Part shown: positions 15,954-26,235 of the stretch, piece after piece | Numbering within the stretch: the stretch's first letter is position 1 | Layout: each line of letters begins with the position of its first letter | Origin: an uncultured Ruminococcus sp. | Lineage (GTDB): Bacteria; Bacillota; Clostridia; UBA1212 | DNA: 64,000 bases | Direction: 5' to 3' | Assembly: GCA_902792515.1 (NCBI GenBank) | Contig: CADAZX010000012.1 | Coordinates: forward strand, 6,165-70,164 | Translations under genes and position numbers: made by a program | Notes under the pieces: generated by a model | Database searches by the model: none | What the model was told of the DNA's origin: nothing | What the model saw: only the letters and a program-made list of their open reading frames with translations

Positions 15954-18693
15954 CCTTGACGGCCTCGGAAGAACCGTTATTGACTACCGCCACACCGAGC
16001 GCGGGAACGAGTCCCTCGGGAGCAGCGTAGTTTTCCTTGCTGTAGTTGACGTATATCTTTACGCCGTTGCTGTAGGTCGTGCAGTAGATGTCACCGTTTC
16101 TCGGGTCGTCCACGCACTTGTGGTCTACTATCGTGGCGTTCGCGACCGGCGCGAGGACCTTGTCGGCGAGAACGTAACCCTTCATTATGTCCGCGCTGAG
16201 GTCGTCGTACTGAGCCTTGAACAGCGAGTTGTAGTCGGTGTAGCGGAGCTCTTCCGTGGGTTCCTTGGTGACTTCGTACGTGAAGAACGCGCCGTACTCG
16301 ATCGATCTGAGCAGCGACTCGGTGTAGTTCGAGCTTCTGTTGATCGCGGTCGAATAGTAGTCAACCAGTCCGTGGTAAACGATCTGAACGAACGGAACGG
16401 ACTCGTCGATGATGAACAGCCTGGACGTCTCGGTCGGGATGTCGAGAATGTTGTCCGCGACTGAGGCGGCGTACTCGTAGCCGTAGTAGACCGAAACGTT
16501 GGCGAATTCCTTCTCGAACTCAACGATCCACTTTCTGTAGTACTCGATCGCCTGCTGGCGGAGAAGCGCGTTCTCCTTGTTGTAGTCCGTGAACAGGAGG
16601 TCGCCGAGCTGCTGGAGGTCGACGCTTGTGAAGCCGAGCTTCGAGATGTTCTTGACGTCCTTCTTCAGCATATGGGAGTCGTAGTAGAGCGGCCCCATAT
16701 AGTAGTTGTTGCTGGACCTGTAGAAAACGCCCGCGTTGCTGACCTGCTTGTAGTTTACGTAGAACGTGCCCGGGTTCTTTACGGTCGCCTGGCGGAGGCT
16801 GGCTCCCTTCGGCTTTCCGTAGAGGATCAGCATGTTCACGTCGGCGCTGACGTCCTTTTTGTTTTCGGCCGCATACGAAGTGAGGTCTTTAAGTCCGCTC
16901 TTGCCGCCCACGCTCGCACCGATGTTGTACTTGCGCATTATGTTGCCGTAGTAGCCGCCCTGCTGCCATCCGAGGAGCGAGTAGCGCATTCTCGGAGCCG
17001 CCTCGGCGGTCGACGCGACAATGTTCTTGGCCTGCGCGAACGTTGTCATGACCTTGTACTGCGTGAAGAGTCTGACCGAAGCCTGGTTGACGTCCGCGAA
17101 GAATATCTTGAGGTTGATGAGGTCGGGATCCTGACGCTTGTTTTCGTAGGAGTTGACCTTCGCGTCCTTGAGATAGTCGATCGTTTTGAAGTCGTTGTCC
17201 CACTTGTTAATCAGGAACTCTCGCGTGTTGTTCGCGACGTCGACGTACGTGTACTTCTTGTCCGAGTCGAACTCGTAGGAGTATCGCATCGTGAAGTCGC
17301 CGATTCCGGAGGGAACCTCGAGGAACGTGTAGGAGGCGCCGTTCTGGCTCATTTTCGCCTGGTAGAACTCTCTCCACTTGAACACGAACGTGACGTAGTA
17401 GAATTTCAGGTTCTTCATACCCGGCTGGCCGATGAGGACGGAAGCGTTCGCCTCGCTCTCGGTCGCGTAGCACGTGAGCATTTTGCTGCCCTTGACAACG
17501 CCGTACACCGGCATCGAGATCTTCTCGTTCGTCATGTTCGGGTAGTTGAACACGTCGAAAATGTCGTCGTAGCCGTAAATTCTCTTCTGGTACTCGTCGA
17601 ACTGCGAAATTCTCGGAACGTCGAAGTAAGTGAGTCCGCCGGAACCGTCGGGAGTTACGAAGTAGCCCTCGTCGCCCTGTCTCGCGGCGCTCATGAACGG
17701 CAGGCACGCGATGGACGCGACTCTCGGCATCTCGTCGGAATCTCTCGTGTAGTCCTTCTCTTCCTTGTCCTCCTTGACGTCCTTCTTGGGAACGTTGACG
17801 ATGAGGTCGCCGTTTTCGTCGAGCCAGAACTCAACCGCGAAGCTGAACTCGTAATTCACCTTGTAGGTGTCGGCCATGTTGTCGGTCTTGGTGACTTCGA
17901 TCGGAACCGTGTAGCGGACCTTGAAGCCGTCCGCGATCTTGTTGTACGCGAACCTGACCTTGTCTACCTGGTTGATACCGAAGTCCTTGCCGCCGTCGAG
18001 GTTGGAGGCTGTGTAGCCGAGCCTGACGAGAGAGGAAACGATATCGTGGTTGACCTTGTACTTCGGGTATTCGCTGTCGGCTGTTGCCGGGTCTGTCTCT
18101 TCGGGCTTCGGCGCCGGCCAGCTTCTGATCTCCTCTTTCTCACCCTTGGAGTTGGTGATCTCGAGGATGAGCAGCGAGTCTGAAGGCGAAAACTTGAGAA
18201 CGGTCTTGCCGCCGAGCTTGTTGGCCTTTTCGACGATGACTGTCATTCCCGCGTCGTTCGGAATCGTCTCTCCCGCCGCCTTGGGCTCGTTCTTGACAAT
18301 GTACTTGTCCATCCACTTGATATAGCCGACGTTACCGCCGAAAATCACCTTGTAGATGATGAAAATAGCCAGGAGCGCGACGACGATCGCCACAACGGTA
18401 ATGATGATCTTCTTTCTCTTTTTCTTCTTGCGCTGCTCTTCGAGGAACCTCTCGGCCTCCTCTTTGTCGATGTAAACGCCTTTGCGCGCCTCGTCGTCGT
18501 CCATTGAGGTCTTGAAAGCTGCCGTTTTTTTCGTCACGGTCTCCTGCGCCGCGTTTTCCGCGGTTTCGGCCGCGTTTTCGACGGTTCCGGCTGCATTTTC
18601 GACGGTCTCCGCGGTGTTCTCAACCGCGTTGTCAGCTGCCTCTACGTTTTGCAAGGCGTCATCTATATCGGTTTTTTTATTCTTTTTAAACAA
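15946..18693 (-). CDS. membrane-anchored DUF5696-like protein (putative glycoside-hydrolase-like; family name recalled from memory)
   Basis: 915 aa: cytoplasmic N-terminus with (T)VENAAE repeats, one TM helix (IIITVVAIVVALLAIFIIY) and a large extracellular domain. The C-terminal half is homologous to the CDS at 53586..55460. Confidence 0.65.
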   Translation of the reverse strand: MFKKNKKTDIDDALQNVEAADNAVENTAETVENAAGTVENAAETAENAAQETVTKKTAAFKTSMDDDEARKGVYIDKEEAERFLEEQRKKKKRKKIIITVVAIVVALLAIFIIYKVIFGGNVGYIKWMDKYIVKNEPKAAGETIPNDAGMTVIVEKANKLGGKTVLKFSPSDSLLILEITNSKGEKEEIRSWPAPKPEETDPATADSEYPKYKVNHDIVSSLVRLGYTASNLDGGKDFGINQVDKVRFAYNKIADGFKVRYTVPIEVTKTDNMADTYKVNYEFSFAVEFWLDENGDLIVNVPKKDVKEDKEEKDYTRDSDEMPRVASIACLPFMSAARQGDEGYFVTPDGSGGLTYFDVPRISQFDEYQKRIYGYDDIFDVFNYPNMTNEKISMPVYGVVKGSKMLTCYATESEANASVLIGQPGMKNLKFYYVTFVFKWREFYQAKMSQNGASYTFLEVPSGIGDFTMRYSYEFDSDKKYTYVDVANNTREFLINKWDNDFKTIDYLKDAKVNSYENKRQDPDLINLKIFFADVNQASVRLFTQYKVMTTFAQAKNIVASTAEAAPRMRYSLLGWQQGGYYGNIMRKYNIGASVGGKSGLKDLTSYAAENKKDVSADVNMLILYGKPKGASLRQATVKNPGTFYVNYKQVSNAGVFYRSSNNYYMGPLYYDSHMLKKDVKNISKLGFTSVDLQQLGDLLFTDYNKENALLRQQAIEYYRKWIVEFEKEFANVSVYYGYEYAASVADNILDIPTETSRLFIIDESVPFVQIVYHGLVDYYSTAINRSSNYTESLLRSIEYGAFFTYEVTKEPTEELRYTDYNSLFKAQYDDLSADIMKGYVLADKVLAPVANATIVDHKCVDDPRNGDIYCTTYSNGVKIYVNYSKENYAAPEGLVPALGVAVVNNGSSEAVKVG

Positions 18694-20812
18694 GATAGCT
18701 CAACTCCTTTGCAAACTGGACTATAAAGTCGACAAACTGAACCGCAAGGCCTCTCACGATCATGAACAGTATCACGACTGCCGCAACACCGGCCGCGGTG
18801 AGAATGAATACCAGCACCGCCTTGACGGGGTTGAAGCCGTGGACGCCCTTCATGCACATGAACACGAGGAATACCACCCACGCGTACGACACGTACGTGA
18901 TCAGGTTGTAGATCGGCTGTTCGGACTGCGTGAGCACCCTGGAAACAATCGCGAGCGGCAGATGGATCAGAATCAGCGGAACGTGGCAGTAGGCACCGCC
19001 TATCACAACGTCGCGGAAACGTCCTTCACCGTAGAGGATCGTCGTAACACCGTAGTTGACGATCGAAACGACCACCCACGGGAGCAGGCACCAGAGCAGC
19101 TCCTTGCCCCAGTCGATGAACTCGATCGGCCGTCCGCCTCTGAAAATGAATCCGGTGACGAGCTTCGCGAGGCAGTGCGTCACGACGTATATCAGCATGA
19201 CGATCACCGCGTCAAGATACGTGCCCTTGTTCTCGTATCTGATGTCCTCGAATCCGTCTACCGGATGGAGCGACACGTAAACCATGTTCTTGAAGAAATC
19301 GCTTATCTTCGTGAAGATGTTGCTCTTGTTCGGATCCTTCGGATGCTTCATTCTGTAGCGCCTTCTCACCGACTTGAACACGAGCAGACCGATCAGAAGC
19401 ACCACGACGACGGTCGCGATGATCGAGAAGTAGTCGCCCAGGAAGTCGGCGCGGAGCTCTTCGAACGCCTTCGAGTACCAGGTGACGTCCTCGGCGTCCT
19501 CGAAGTAATTGAGAGCCTCAGAGTAGCGCTCTTTTCTCCAGAGGATCTGGCCGATCGACTGGAGCGCCAGCACGTAGAAGTTGTCCTCTTTCTTTACCTC
19601 GGTCCACTGGTCGAAAGCGTTGTCGCCCTTGACTGCCGGGTTGTCCGCCTCCTCGTAGATACCGAGGGAGTAGTTTTTGTTGGCCTTGTGGACCAGGTCG
19701 GCGAATTCGGTCCTCGCGAAAACGTAGACCGTGTTGTTGCCGCCGTTGAGCACGTAGATGTTGCCTTCATTGTCGACCTCGAGCGATTTCGGGTTCGAGA
19801 ACTGGCCGTAGCCTGTTCCGACTGCGCCGAACGCGAACAGGTTTCTGCCCCACTCGTCGTATTCGTAAACGCGGCCGTACGTCGAGTCGATGATGAACGC
19901 GTCAAGATCCTTGTCCACGGTGACGTCGATGAAGTTCTGCAGGTCGCTTGTGTTTTTGAGAAGACCCTTGTCCGAGAAGTCGTATCCGGCGTAGAGAACG
20001 TCGGAGCCGGCCGGGTTGATCTTTCTCATCTGTGCGGCCGAGTAACCCGTCGTCGTCGCGTAGATGTATCCGTCATAAATAAAGATGTTATTAAAAGTAT
20101 AAGGCAGCGTTACAATGGTACCTTTTCTCGACTCTCTCGACCAGAGCAGCCTTGCGACCATCTCCCAGAACGTGAGCGCGACCTTGTTCGTACCGAAGTA
20201 GTTTCTGAACTCACCGTCTGAGGAGAGCATCAGAATACCGTTCGAGTCGCCGACGGAGCAGACGTAAATGTAGCCCTTTTCGTCCTTCACGACTCGCGAA
20301 GGCTGGTAGTTGAAGTCCTTCGAGAGGATGTCGCTCTCCGGGGTCGGGTACGCGAACCTGAAGTTTCCGTACTTCGTGAACTCCACGAGACGCTTGTTTC
20401 CGTAGTCCGCCACGAGGATCGTGCCGTCGTCGTCTACGAAAACGCACGTAGGCGAGTTGAGCTTGCTGCCGTCCTCCGCGAATCCGGTGATGGCGAAGTC
20501 AAACGAAAGGTCCTTCTTGAGGATGACTATCCTGTTGTTGCCCGTGTCGGCGATGTAGATCCTCTCGTCAGGTCCGATGAAAATGTCGTCCGGGTTGAGG
20601 AGCTTGCCTGTCGCGGTGTCCGGGAAGTCGACGACCTTGACCATCTGGTACGCCTCAGGCGTGGGAAGGTTGAAGCTGTAGTCGTCGGCAGCGGACATAA
20701 AGTAGTTCGCGTAAGGAGTCGCGGCGGCCGCGGGCAGGATCGCCAGAACGGAGAAGATGCACGTGACAGCCAGCGCCGCACAGATAAATTGCTTCATTCT
20801 GAATCTTTTCAC
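18686..20812 (-). CDS. secreted NHL-repeat beta-propeller fused to a C-terminal Yip1-like polytopic membrane domain
   Basis: Signal peptide; at least four NHL-like blades (RIYIADTGNNRIVIL; ILVADYGNKRLVEF; YIYVCSVGDSNGIL; NIYVLNGGNNTVYVF); then about five TM helices. Confidence 0.65.
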   Translation of the reverse strand: MKRFRMKQFICAALAVTCIFSVLAILPAAAATPYANYFMSAADDYSFNLPTPEAYQMVKVVDFPDTATGKLLNPDDIFIGPDERIYIADTGNNRIVILKKDLSFDFAITGFAEDGSKLNSPTCVFVDDDGTILVADYGNKRLVEFTKYGNFRFAYPTPESDILSKDFNYQPSRVVKDEKGYIYVCSVGDSNGILMLSSDGEFRNYFGTNKVALTFWEMVARLLWSRESRKGTIVTLPYTFNNIFIYDGYIYATTTGYSAAQMRKINPAGSDVLYAGYDFSDKGLLKNTSDLQNFIDVTVDKDLDAFIIDSTYGRVYEYDEWGRNLFAFGAVGTGYGQFSNPKSLEVDNEGNIYVLNGGNNTVYVFARTEFADLVHKANKNYSLGIYEEADNPAVKGDNAFDQWTEVKKEDNFYVLALQSIGQILWRKERYSEALNYFEDAEDVTWYSKAFEELRADFLGDYFSIIATVVVVLLIGLLVFKSVRRRYRMKHPKDPNKSNIFTKISDFFKNMVYVSLHPVDGFEDIRYENKGTYLDAVIVMLIYVVTHCLAKLVTGFIFRGGRPIEFIDWGKELLWCLLPWVVVSIVNYGVTTILYGEGRFRDVVIGGAYCHVPLILIHLPLAIVSRVLTQSEQPIYNLITYVSYAWVVFLVFMCMKGVHGFNPVKAVLVFILTAAGVAAVVILFMIVRGLAVQFVDFIVQFAKELSYLV

Positions 20813-20824
20813 AGCGCCACCCCC

Positions 20825-21694
20825 TTATTTGATACCCGAGTGGGCCATCGTATCCATAACGCTCGACTGCGAGACGACGAAAACGATGATGCTGGGCAGC
20901 GTCATAATGAGCGACGCGGCTGAGTTCGCACCCGTTCTCGCGAGACCGCCCTGCAGCGTCGACATGAAGAACGCGAAGGTACGGAGCTGCTCGTCATAGA
21001 TGTAGGTTGTGGACGTTCCGGCGTCGCCCCAGATTCCCGGGAACGTGAGGATTACGCACGTCGCCTGGGCGTTTCTGAGGAGCGGCAGAGCTATTTTCGT
21101 GTAGAGCTGCCACTCGGACGCGCCGTCGATCTTTCCCGCCTCGAATATCGTGTTTGGCACCTGGTCGAGGAACTGCTTGAGCAGGAACATACACGTACAG
21201 TTGGCGAGGCCGGGAATGATGTACACGAGGTAGGTGTTGTCGAGGTGAAGTCCGGTCACGATGATGTAGCTCGGGATCGCCGCCGCACCGGAGATGATGA
21301 GCAGCGCGTTTGTGACGAGCTTGAACAGCGCGGTTCCGCCCGGGAACTTGTGCTTCGAGAGCGGGTAGCACGCCATCGTGCCGACGACTATCAGCGCGAA
21401 CATGTACAGCGCGGTGATGATTATCGTGTTGAACAGGTACCTCGTGAAAGGAACCATCGTGTTCGCGGTGATACTCACCAGGTCGCTGAAGTTCTTAAGC
21501 GTCGGGTTGGCGACGTAGAACCGCGGCGGATAGAGGAAGAGCTCCTCTGCGGGTTTGAAAGCCGTAACGAAAAGGTAGACGATAGGCAGCGCCGAAATGA
21601 CGCCTGCGAACGCCAGCACGATCGTGATGACCGTAGGGGCTATCTCTCTGCGCTTCTTCGCTTTCTTTAAGTAATCAACGTCAACTTGAAACAC
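20825..21694 (-). CDS. carbohydrate ABC transporter permease (MalG-like)
   Basis: 289 aa, six TM helices. Confidence 0.8.
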   Translation of the reverse strand: MFQVDVDYLKKAKKRREIAPTVITIVLAFAGVISALPIVYLFVTAFKPAEELFLYPPRFYVANPTLKNFSDLVSITANTMVPFTRYLFNTIIITALYMFALIVVGTMACYPLSKHKFPGGTALFKLVTNALLIISGAAAIPSYIIVTGLHLDNTYLVYIIPGLANCTCMFLLKQFLDQVPNTIFEAGKIDGASEWQLYTKIALPLLRNAQATCVILTFPGIWGDAGTSTTYIYDEQLRTFAFFMSTLQGGLARTGANSAASLIMTLPSIIVFVVSQSSVMDTMAHSGIK

Positions 21695-21700
21695 AGATCA

Positions 21701-22726
21701 TCACCCCTTTTCCTGAAGCAGCTTGAACGCGAGACGTCCGATACCGAGAACCATGACCGAGAGCACGACAGCGATAGCCGAGGCGTAACCGACCTCGAAA
21801 CGCTGGCCTGCGTAGTCGCCAAGGTGGAGCATGATCGTAAGACCTGCGTCCTCGGGGCTCGGGTGGCCGACAAGCGTCTGGCTCAGACCGCCGACCGTGA
21901 ACGAACCCGTGATCGTAAGAACCGCCGAGAAGAGCAGCTGCGGCATCGTCTGAGGAATGTCGATGTAAATAAGTCTCTGGAATCTCGAAGTGATGCCGTC
22001 GACCATCGCCGCGTCGTATAGTTCTTTGTCGACGTTCGTGAAGCCGGCGACGAATGAGAGGAAGCCGGCGCCGAGCGAAGACCACAGCGCGACGATAATG
22101 ATTACGGGCATGATCCATTTGACGTCCTGCAGGAACTGGATCGGCTCCGTAATGAGACCCGCGTTAAGCAGCACCGAGTTGATGTAGCCCTGGCTGTCGT
22201 TCGCGAACATGACCAGCCAGACAACGCCCATCGCGATACCGGAGCAGAGCGAAGGCGCGTAGAACGCCAGCGTGTAGATCGGTCTAAGCTTGTTCGGGAC
22301 CTGGTTGATGAACCAGGCGAAGAAGTAGGACGCGATGTACGATACCGGGCCGACGATGACCGCGTAGTAGAGCGTGTTGCTGAACGCCTTGAGGAACAGC
22401 GAGTCCTCTACGAAGAGGTAAACGTAGTTGTCCCAGAAGATGAACTGCGGCCAGCTCAGCGAGTCGAAGTAGAAGAAACTCAGGACCGCGGAGGCGATCA
22501 GCGGTAAAAGAGTGAACGTGATGAAGCAGATAAAGAACGGCGCGATCAGCGCGTATGACATCTTGTGGTTCCAGATCTCATGCATCGTGTAGGAGAAATA
22601 CGACTTGGTGTAGTCGCGCTTCTTTCCGCCGTCCGCAGCGTCGTCCAAGACATTCTGTCCGGCCGCCTGCGCGTCATTCACGACGGTATCTTCCGCCTTT
22701 TTGAGCGCTTTTCTGTTTTTACCCAT
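21701..22726 (-). CDS. carbohydrate ABC transporter permease (MalF-like)
   Basis: 341 aa, six TM helices. Confidence 0.8.
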   Translation of the reverse strand: MGKNRKALKKAEDTVVNDAQAAGQNVLDDAADGGKKRDYTKSYFSYTMHEIWNHKMSYALIAPFFICFITFTLLPLIASAVLSFFYFDSLSWPQFIFWDNYVYLFVEDSLFLKAFSNTLYYAVIVGPVSYIASYFFAWFINQVPNKLRPIYTLAFYAPSLCSGIAMGVVWLVMFANDSQGYINSVLLNAGLITEPIQFLQDVKWIMPVIIIVALWSSLGAGFLSFVAGFTNVDKELYDAAMVDGITSRFQRLIYIDIPQTMPQLLFSAVLTITGSFTVGGLSQTLVGHPSPEDAGLTIMLHLGDYAGQRFEVGYASAIAVVLSVMVLGIGRLAFKLLQEKG

Positions 22727-22727
22727 T

Positions 22728-25700
22728 TCAGCCTACCTCCTTTTCTCTGTATTCAGACCAAACAATCGAATCCACGCCGTCCGGGAAGAACTCCTTCTGT
22801 TTACGTTTCATCTCTTTGTTGATTTCCCTGACCGCGTCCTCGAGGGCGATCCTGATGTTGCTGCCCTGAAGAACGGCCTGGTTGAGCGCGGTCGTAAGGT
22901 AACGCGGCGTGTAGTATCCGCCGAGAACGACCGGCGTTTCCGTGAAGTATGACCACTGTTCGTTGATGACCTCGAGCTCCTCGTCGCTGTACGCCATCGA
23001 GTTGATCGCGTATCTGTTCGCGGTGTTCCATCTCGACGCGACGCCGAACGTTGCTTCGACTTCCTGCGCGTAGGCGACCTGAACGGGCTCGCTCATCCAC
23101 CATTTAACGAACTGCCACGCCTCCTGAGACTGGAGCTTGTCGCCTTTGTTCTTGATCATAACGCAGGTGGTTCCGCTTCCGCCCATGCTGCGGTCGATCG
23201 TGCCGTCCTCCTTGAGGTGTCCCGGAACAGGCGCCATCGCCCATTTACCGTTGATTTCAGGAGCGGAGTATCTCAGCTGGCAGTACATACCCATATCCGC
23301 GATTCCGATCGGCATGTCGCCGAGTTTGAACTTCATGTAGAAGTTGGCCGCGTACGGGATATTATATTTATTGTAAAGGTTGGCGTACTCGACAAATGCG
23401 TTGTAGGCCTGCTCGCTGTCGAGCGCGGAGTGGAGGCCGTTGTAGTCGTAGACGTCGGCGCCGTTCTGGTACAGGAACGGATAGAGGTTGCCGGTACCGT
23501 AGTTGTAGCAGAAGTCCATGTTCTTCTCCTGCAGTCTCGGCAGTATCTCGTAGACGTCGTCCCACGTCTGGGGAATGTTCTCGATTCCGAGATCGCTCAT
23601 GATGTCGGTTCTGTAGAAGAGTGCCGCCCAGCCCTGCGTCTCGGGAACGGAGTAGTAGTTGCCGCGGTATCTTGAGAGCGTCAGCGCTCCGGGCAGGAAG
23701 TTCTTCTTGAACTCCTCGAACTCGGGGTTGTCGTCCACACCGTCGCCGTTAAGGTCGTTGTACGCCACAAGAGCGCCTCTGGCCGCGTATTCGACAGGCG
23801 CGCCGGCGCCGACCGAGATCGCGACGTCAGGAGCCGTGCCCGTTACGTAACGCAGCATGACCAGGCCTTCGACGCCGCCGGAAACCATGTTGACGTTGAC
23901 CTTGATACCCGTTTTCGGCGTAAAGTCCTCGGCGATGAGGTTTCTCAGCATTTCGACGTATTCACGTCCTCTCGCCACGTAGACCTCGATTTCCTTGACG
24001 TCCTCGCCCTCTGTAGCCTCGCGCGCGCCGACGAGCGTGTAGTCCTTTTTGAAGGAGTCGCCGAACTGGATCGCGCCTACGTAGAGGTTCTGGAAGCCGT
24101 TGCTTCTGCACTTCGAGTAGTTGAACTCGCCGCCGTGAACGACCATGTAGTCAAAAGCGATCGGGTGCTGCGAGATGTTCTGCAGCGTCGTGGAAAGGCT
24201 CGAGAGCGCGTTGGTGATCTCGTTGAGCGAGGAAGGAATGTCCTCGAGGCCCTCGGTGCCCTTGGAAAGTCTCTCGAAAAGCGCCTTCGCGACGGCTACG
24301 GAAGATCCGTAGTAAGGAAGAACTCCGCCGTTCGCATTTTTAATGTCGTCATAGATTTTCTTGAAGGTGTCGCGGTAGTTGGCGACCTCCTCCTCGATGC
24401 CCATAATGTACTTGTCGAGGTCCCAGTCTCTGTTCTTGTCGACCGCGTATCCGCCGCCCGATCCTCTCGTTGCGCCGGTGATGCTGACGACCATGCTGAC
24501 GAGCTTGGAGATCGAGTCCATCGACTCCTGAAGGCTCTGTATCGAAGCGCGCAGCGGACCGACCTTAGCGGTGATCGAGATGTCGTGCTCCCCTGCCGTC
24601 AGGTAGAAGTAGTACGGCTTCTGGTTAGCGTCCATAAGAGAAGCGCCGACCCATCCGTCCGAATACGTGAAGCAGTACTCCTCCATCTCCTTGAACGGGA
24701 TCTCTCCGTCAATTTTGATCTCGGTGTACGCCACGATGTCGGTGAGAGTCGTCTGATATCTGAAACCGATCTGGTACCAGCCGTCCTTCTCTACGCTGAA
24801 CTTCCACGTCGCTCCGTCGCCGCCGTTGACCCATCTGTCGCCGCCGAAATAGTTGTATCTCGTGACCTGGTAGGAGGCGGGGTACGTGCAGTAGTTGCCG
24901 TCCCATTCGCTGCGGATGCTGATCGTGTTCTTCTCCGACGGGATCTCGAACTCGACCTGCTTGAGCGCGTCCTTCACGATTGCGGACTCGGTGAAGCCCT
25001 TTTCGGCCTTGTACTCTTCGTAGGTGTTGTTGTCCATGGGAGCGACAAGGCGGACCGTCTTAATGATCGCGGGCTCTCTTCCGAACGTCAGCGAGATCGT
25101 TCTCGGCTTCTCGGGGCTCGCGAGGCTGCTGGCGTTGATCAGGAATCTGTAGGGATTTCTGTAGAGGCCTTCGGGGTTGGAGGCCACAACGTCCTGCCAG
25201 CGGAAAATTTCCTGCTGCTGGCTGCGGATCTCGTTGCCGGCGATGTCGAGGCTCATGCTGTCGTAGAAGTTATAGAGTCTCTTCAGCTCGATGCTGCCCG
25301 CCTCTTTGAAGGGGTACTTGTTGTCGACTCTCAGCCTGACCAGAGTGTTGTTCGACCTGTTTTCGGGAAGGAAATACTCGAGCTCGAGCGAGTAAAGCGC
25401 CGTCTCGGGAACGTCGACCTTGTAAATGAACGTGAGTTCATCAAGGGCGTTCGTGCCGTTTTCCTCGTTGCTGCCGGATTTTCCGAAGTATATCGCGGCG
25501 GGATCCGCCTTGATCGTACCGGAAACGGACTTGAACCTGTCCTCCTGCTTCGCGGAAACGGTGTAGCCGTCAGCGTCGCGCGTCGTGTCAACGTCCTCGA
25601 AAATGTCGAAGGAATAATCCTTGTCGAACGAGATATTCGACACGATACGGTTGATCCTCGCGATCAGCGCCTCTGTCGCGAACGGCAGCTCACCGTTCAT

Positions 25701-26090
25701 GACCTGGCCGTAATCGTAGATCTTGCCTCTGTACGAAACCGACTGATACTCGCCGCTGTCATTGCGGTAGAGTATGATCGTGTCGCCGGTCTCGAACCTG
25801 AAGCTGATACCGTAAAAGTCGGCGGCGTTGAAGACAATATCCTCTCCCGTATACTTTCCGTACTTCGACCCGTATTTTGTGAGAACCTTGCCGTACTCGA
25901 GCAGACTGTTGTCCGATCTTTCCTCGTTCTCGACAAACGGGTTGAAGGACATCGTGTCCTCGTTTGTGACCTCGAACTGCTTAATGCCGGACTTGCGGCT
26001 TCCGTGTATAATGAGAGCCACAATCAGCGCAATAACGAGGGTAACGCAAACGCACAACACGATAATTCTACGCTTTTGTTTTTTGTCCAT
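22728..26090 (-). CDS. TM-anchored 1120-aa protein: large N-terminal extracellular domain fused to a C-terminal ABC solute-binding domain
   Basis: N-terminal TM helix (RRIIVLCVCVTLVIALIVALII); ~700 aa of beta-rich sequence; C-terminal ~400 aa with sugar-SBP features (KVNVNMVSGG..., the WWM motif). Confidence 0.7.
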   Translation of the reverse strand: MDKKQKRRIIVLCVCVTLVIALIVALIIHGSRKSGIKQFEVTNEDTMSFNPFVENEERSDNSLLEYGKVLTKYGSKYGKYTGEDIVFNAADFYGISFRFETGDTIILYRNDSGEYQSVSYRGKIYDYGQVMNGELPFATEALIARINRIVSNISFDKDYSFDIFEDVDTTRDADGYTVSAKQEDRFKSVSGTIKADPAAIYFGKSGSNEENGTNALDELTFIYKVDVPETALYSLELEYFLPENRSNNTLVRLRVDNKYPFKEAGSIELKRLYNFYDSMSLDIAGNEIRSQQQEIFRWQDVVASNPEGLYRNPYRFLINASSLASPEKPRTISLTFGREPAIIKTVRLVAPMDNNTYEEYKAEKGFTESAIVKDALKQVEFEIPSEKNTISIRSEWDGNYCTYPASYQVTRYNYFGGDRWVNGGDGATWKFSVEKDGWYQIGFRYQTTLTDIVAYTEIKIDGEIPFKEMEEYCFTYSDGWVGASLMDANQKPYYFYLTAGEHDISITAKVGPLRASIQSLQESMDSISKLVSMVVSITGATRGSGGGYAVDKNRDWDLDKYIMGIEEEVANYRDTFKKIYDDIKNANGGVLPYYGSSVAVAKALFERLSKGTEGLEDIPSSLNEITNALSSLSTTLQNISQHPIAFDYMVVHGGEFNYSKCRSNGFQNLYVGAIQFGDSFKKDYTLVGAREATEGEDVKEIEVYVARGREYVEMLRNLIAEDFTPKTGIKVNVNMVSGGVEGLVMLRYVTGTAPDVAISVGAGAPVEYAARGALVAYNDLNGDGVDDNPEFEEFKKNFLPGALTLSRYRGNYYSVPETQGWAALFYRTDIMSDLGIENIPQTWDDVYEILPRLQEKNMDFCYNYGTGNLYPFLYQNGADVYDYNGLHSALDSEQAYNAFVEYANLYNKYNIPYAANFYMKFKLGDMPIGIADMGMYCQLRYSAPEINGKWAMAPVPGHLKEDGTIDRSMGGSGTTCVMIKNKGDKLQSQEAWQFVKWWMSEPVQVAYAQEVEATFGVASRWNTANRYAINSMAYSDEELEVINEQWSYFTETPVVLGGYYTPRYLTTALNQAVLQGSNIRIALEDAVREINKEMKRKQKEFFPDGVDSIVWSEYREKEVG

Positions 26091-26206
26091 ACAATCAACC
26101 TTTCACCAATTCCGGAGCGTCTTTTTCGGTGGATTTCCGCTCTTGTAAAGTATCAATCCGCCGGTGCGCCTCCCCGGAAATTAATTTATACACAATAAAC
26201 AAAATT

Positions 26207-26235
26207 ATTATAGAGTTTTTGTGTACGGCTGTCAA
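26207..26235 (-). promoter_or_regulatory. consensus sigma-70 promoter of the ABC operon
   Basis: Minus strand reads TTGACA (26235..26230), 17-nt spacer, TATAAT (26212..26207); about 115 nt of 5' UTR to the ATG at 26090. Confidence 0.55.
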
